Source: the human T2T-CHM13v2.0 reference genome, Homo sapiens
NCBI RefSeq assembly: GCF_009914755.1
Contig: NC_060930.1
Reading direction: 5' to 3' (one strand)
Length of the DNA: 64,000 nucleotides
Of this stretch, positions 61,411 to 64,000 are shown piece by piece (positions within the stretch are counted from its first letter, which is position 1; each line of letters begins with the position of its first letter). Below the pieces are notes generated by a model that did no database searches, was not told where the DNA came from, and saw nothing but the letters and a program-made list of their open reading frames with translations. The position numbers and the translations under genes are program-made.

Positions 61411-63289
61411 TGGCAGCAGTTTGTATTTCTATTAAGTTAGACAAAGCACAATCAGAATGGAGGGTTTAAGCTCTGATTGATTTGTAGTGAACACATGCTT
61501 TACTTGGGGAAAAAAAAAAGCTTGATTCCCTGGAGAGACAGCTTTCACATAAACAGACACTCTGACCTCACAGCATGTAGAAGACTATGCTAATCCTCTG
61601 AAATGTAAAGAAGTGGCTTTCATGTTTTTTATGATTCACAACTAAAAATTAAAACACTTTTCATCATGACAAAAGTCACACAAATACACACATGTTCCTA
61701 AAAATTTTCATTTAATGATATTCTTACTGCATATAATAAAAACTGACATTTCTTGTTATGCTATTTTTTGTGTGGTAGAGACTCATAAATTGATTCCTTG
61801 AACCACCAATGGGTTATAACCTGCATGTTGAGAAAAAAGCTGGTTTGTAAAACAAAACAATAAAGAATATCAAAATCCAAATAGATGAAGACTCGCCTTA
61901 CACTTTACCACACTATTTGACATCTTCTACGTATGATTAAATAAAGAAAATCCTCTATAATAATATTTCTTAGCTGGATATGAATTTTCCTGTGGAAATG
62001 TAAAAATGTGATCATGTGTTCCTTTTGGTAATGGGCAGCACAAAACTATGAAAGCCTGGCTGCTGGTGCTAAAAAATAGACACAAAAGGCACAGAGCATC
62101 CAAACATTAGAATGGCAAGAGAGACAGAATAATCAAATTAAAAAGAGAAGTGAGTTGGGGTAAAGGCCATCAAAAGGCACATGGGAATTTCAGACTTAGG
62201 TCAGCAGAAGCTTTGACAGCATGGACTAGTGGGAAGAAAGGAGAAGGCAGGGCTGGCCAGAAGGGTCAGTGGGTTGACGGCAAGATTATAGATAACACAG
62301 AAGAGCACAGATAATTTAGGATTGATTTTAATGAGTGTTCAGATCCAGAATCCAAGGGATCATGCTGATGGATCCCAGTAGAGAGACTTCAGACACTGGT
62401 GATGTTCAATGTTAGACAAACCATGGAATTGTGGCTCTGAGGTAATGGTTTTCAAACTGTAGAATATATGTGAATTGCATGATGTATTTGCTTAAAATTC
62501 AGATTCCTGAGTGTCACCCTCAAAAATTCTGAATATGTGGAAACCCAGGACTCTCCATTGTAACAAAAGTATAGCCATGCCTTGAGAAATAACCTCTTTA
62601 GTATTTGGAGAAGGATCTAAATGGAGCTGGGGAAATGGTGCCAGTGGATTCCTGTAGGGACTTGGCCGATTCTGTCTTTGAAAAGACTAAAGTTTAGTGG
62701 GAACTCATGTTCAAGCCTTACCAGGCAGATGGGATGCTAGGCTTGAGTTGCAAAGTTGACCCTACAGAATGCTGCCTTGAAGGCCAAGAACAATCCTGCC
62801 TAATATAGGGGTCAGAACTGCCTCTGAAAATTGTTGTCTTGCTAGGTGATAGATATTGGTGGCTACATGGGCCAGAACCATAAGCAAACATAAATGAGTC
62901 TTCTGAAAACTAGTAAGAATGATTTTCTGAGGGCATAGAATGAAATTTAGAGAAAATTCTAGATGAGGTCAAAGGTGGAAATAGAAAAAAATTTGGCCTC
63001 TTTGGGGCCAGCAGGGAAAGGACATCAGATAGAACAAAGGTTCTCTAAGATAGGCGTAAGTTCCCTAATGAACTAATTCTGCCATGTCTCATGTGTATAT
63101 GTTTTGTCTTTGTAAATTCTCATCTTGACATTACCAGTAATCACCATCAACAAGTATACATGAAATGCTTTGTTTTATTCTATTATTAGTAGTTAAAATT
63201 TAGCAAATGTCTTTGATTTCCCTTAACCACAAAGCTCTTATAAGGTTACTGGTTGATAACATGGAATTTGGAATGACCCTTAACTTTAA

Positions 63290-63580
63290 ATTCTCACTCA
63301 TTCATTTTCAACTATTTGACCTTGAGCAGGTTACGTGGTCTGGACAGGTCTTAATTATTGAACATGTGAAATTAGATGAGATAAAAACATGTATTTCTCT
63401 TTTTATATATCATCTCTAATTCTCATAATAACATGGCAAAGTGAATTATTGATTCTATCCTTCAGGTGAAGAAATGGAGGCTTCATAGGTTAAGTAACTT
63501 GAAGCCATCGAGCTGGTAATAAGTTGACCCACAACATATTAACAGCAATATCTACCCCAAAGTTTAGCATTTTCTTACTA
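63290..63580. mobile_element. MIR fragments (two, opposite orientation)
   Basis: tgaccttgagcaggttac...tgaaattagatga; caggtgaagaaatggaggctt..aggttaagtaacttg. Confidence 0.55.
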
Positions 63581-64000
63581 AGTCACACTTCTACCTTCAC
63601 TGTCCTCTAATATGGCGACTTCACCTTTGTTTTATTTCTTGCCCTAGCATCTACATGATCTGAGATATCAGTAGAGGAAAATTTATCCTCATTCCTTTCA
63701 CTAGTTGAGACAAAGTGAAGAGGGAGAAACTGCCTTCTCTTTCCCTCAAAACATGTATTTTATAAGAATGAGAATGGTTCAACAAAACCCACCTAATGGT
63801 TAACCATTTAAAGTTATTTCCACAAATTCAATAAAGCATCTCTTAAGTATGAAGGTATGGAGAATGTTGATACAATTAGAAAGAATCTCTGCAGGTAGAT
63901 AAATTCCCAAAGGAGTCATAATATAAATTGCCACACCTATTCTACATGGGATTTGGGGGCATTACTATAAACAAGAACAACAACGACAACAACAAACTTT

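Overview
Primate (very likely human) AT-rich non-coding DNA, intronic or intergenic. I see no CpG island, no recognisable cellular protein-coding exon and no RNA gene. The window is dominated by interspersed repeats: about 25 Alu/FLAM copies, several L1 fragments, at least nine solo LTRs (ERV1, ERVK, ERVL, MaLR), Tigger and hAT-Charlie DNA-transposon fossils, and MIR/L2 remnants. The only real protein-like sequence is a disrupted 1.79-kb internal L1 ORF2 piece (14294-16082); the other ORFs are Alu-derived or chance. I found no new multi-gene system. The most interesting signals are mechanistic: (i) the L1 piece has no 3'UTR or poly(A) yet carries an exact 20-bp target-site duplication (TSD), suggesting internal priming, and a tail-less Alu looks similar; (ii) an Alu whose body is replaced by a self-templated double inverted-repeat insert; (iii) a CTCF core plus upstream motif; (iv) a perfect 36-bp palindrome; (v) a MER11 LTR collapsed to 168 bp; (vi) nested insertions and several local tandem duplications. 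Repeat subfamily names come from remembered consensus sequences, not from a database search.
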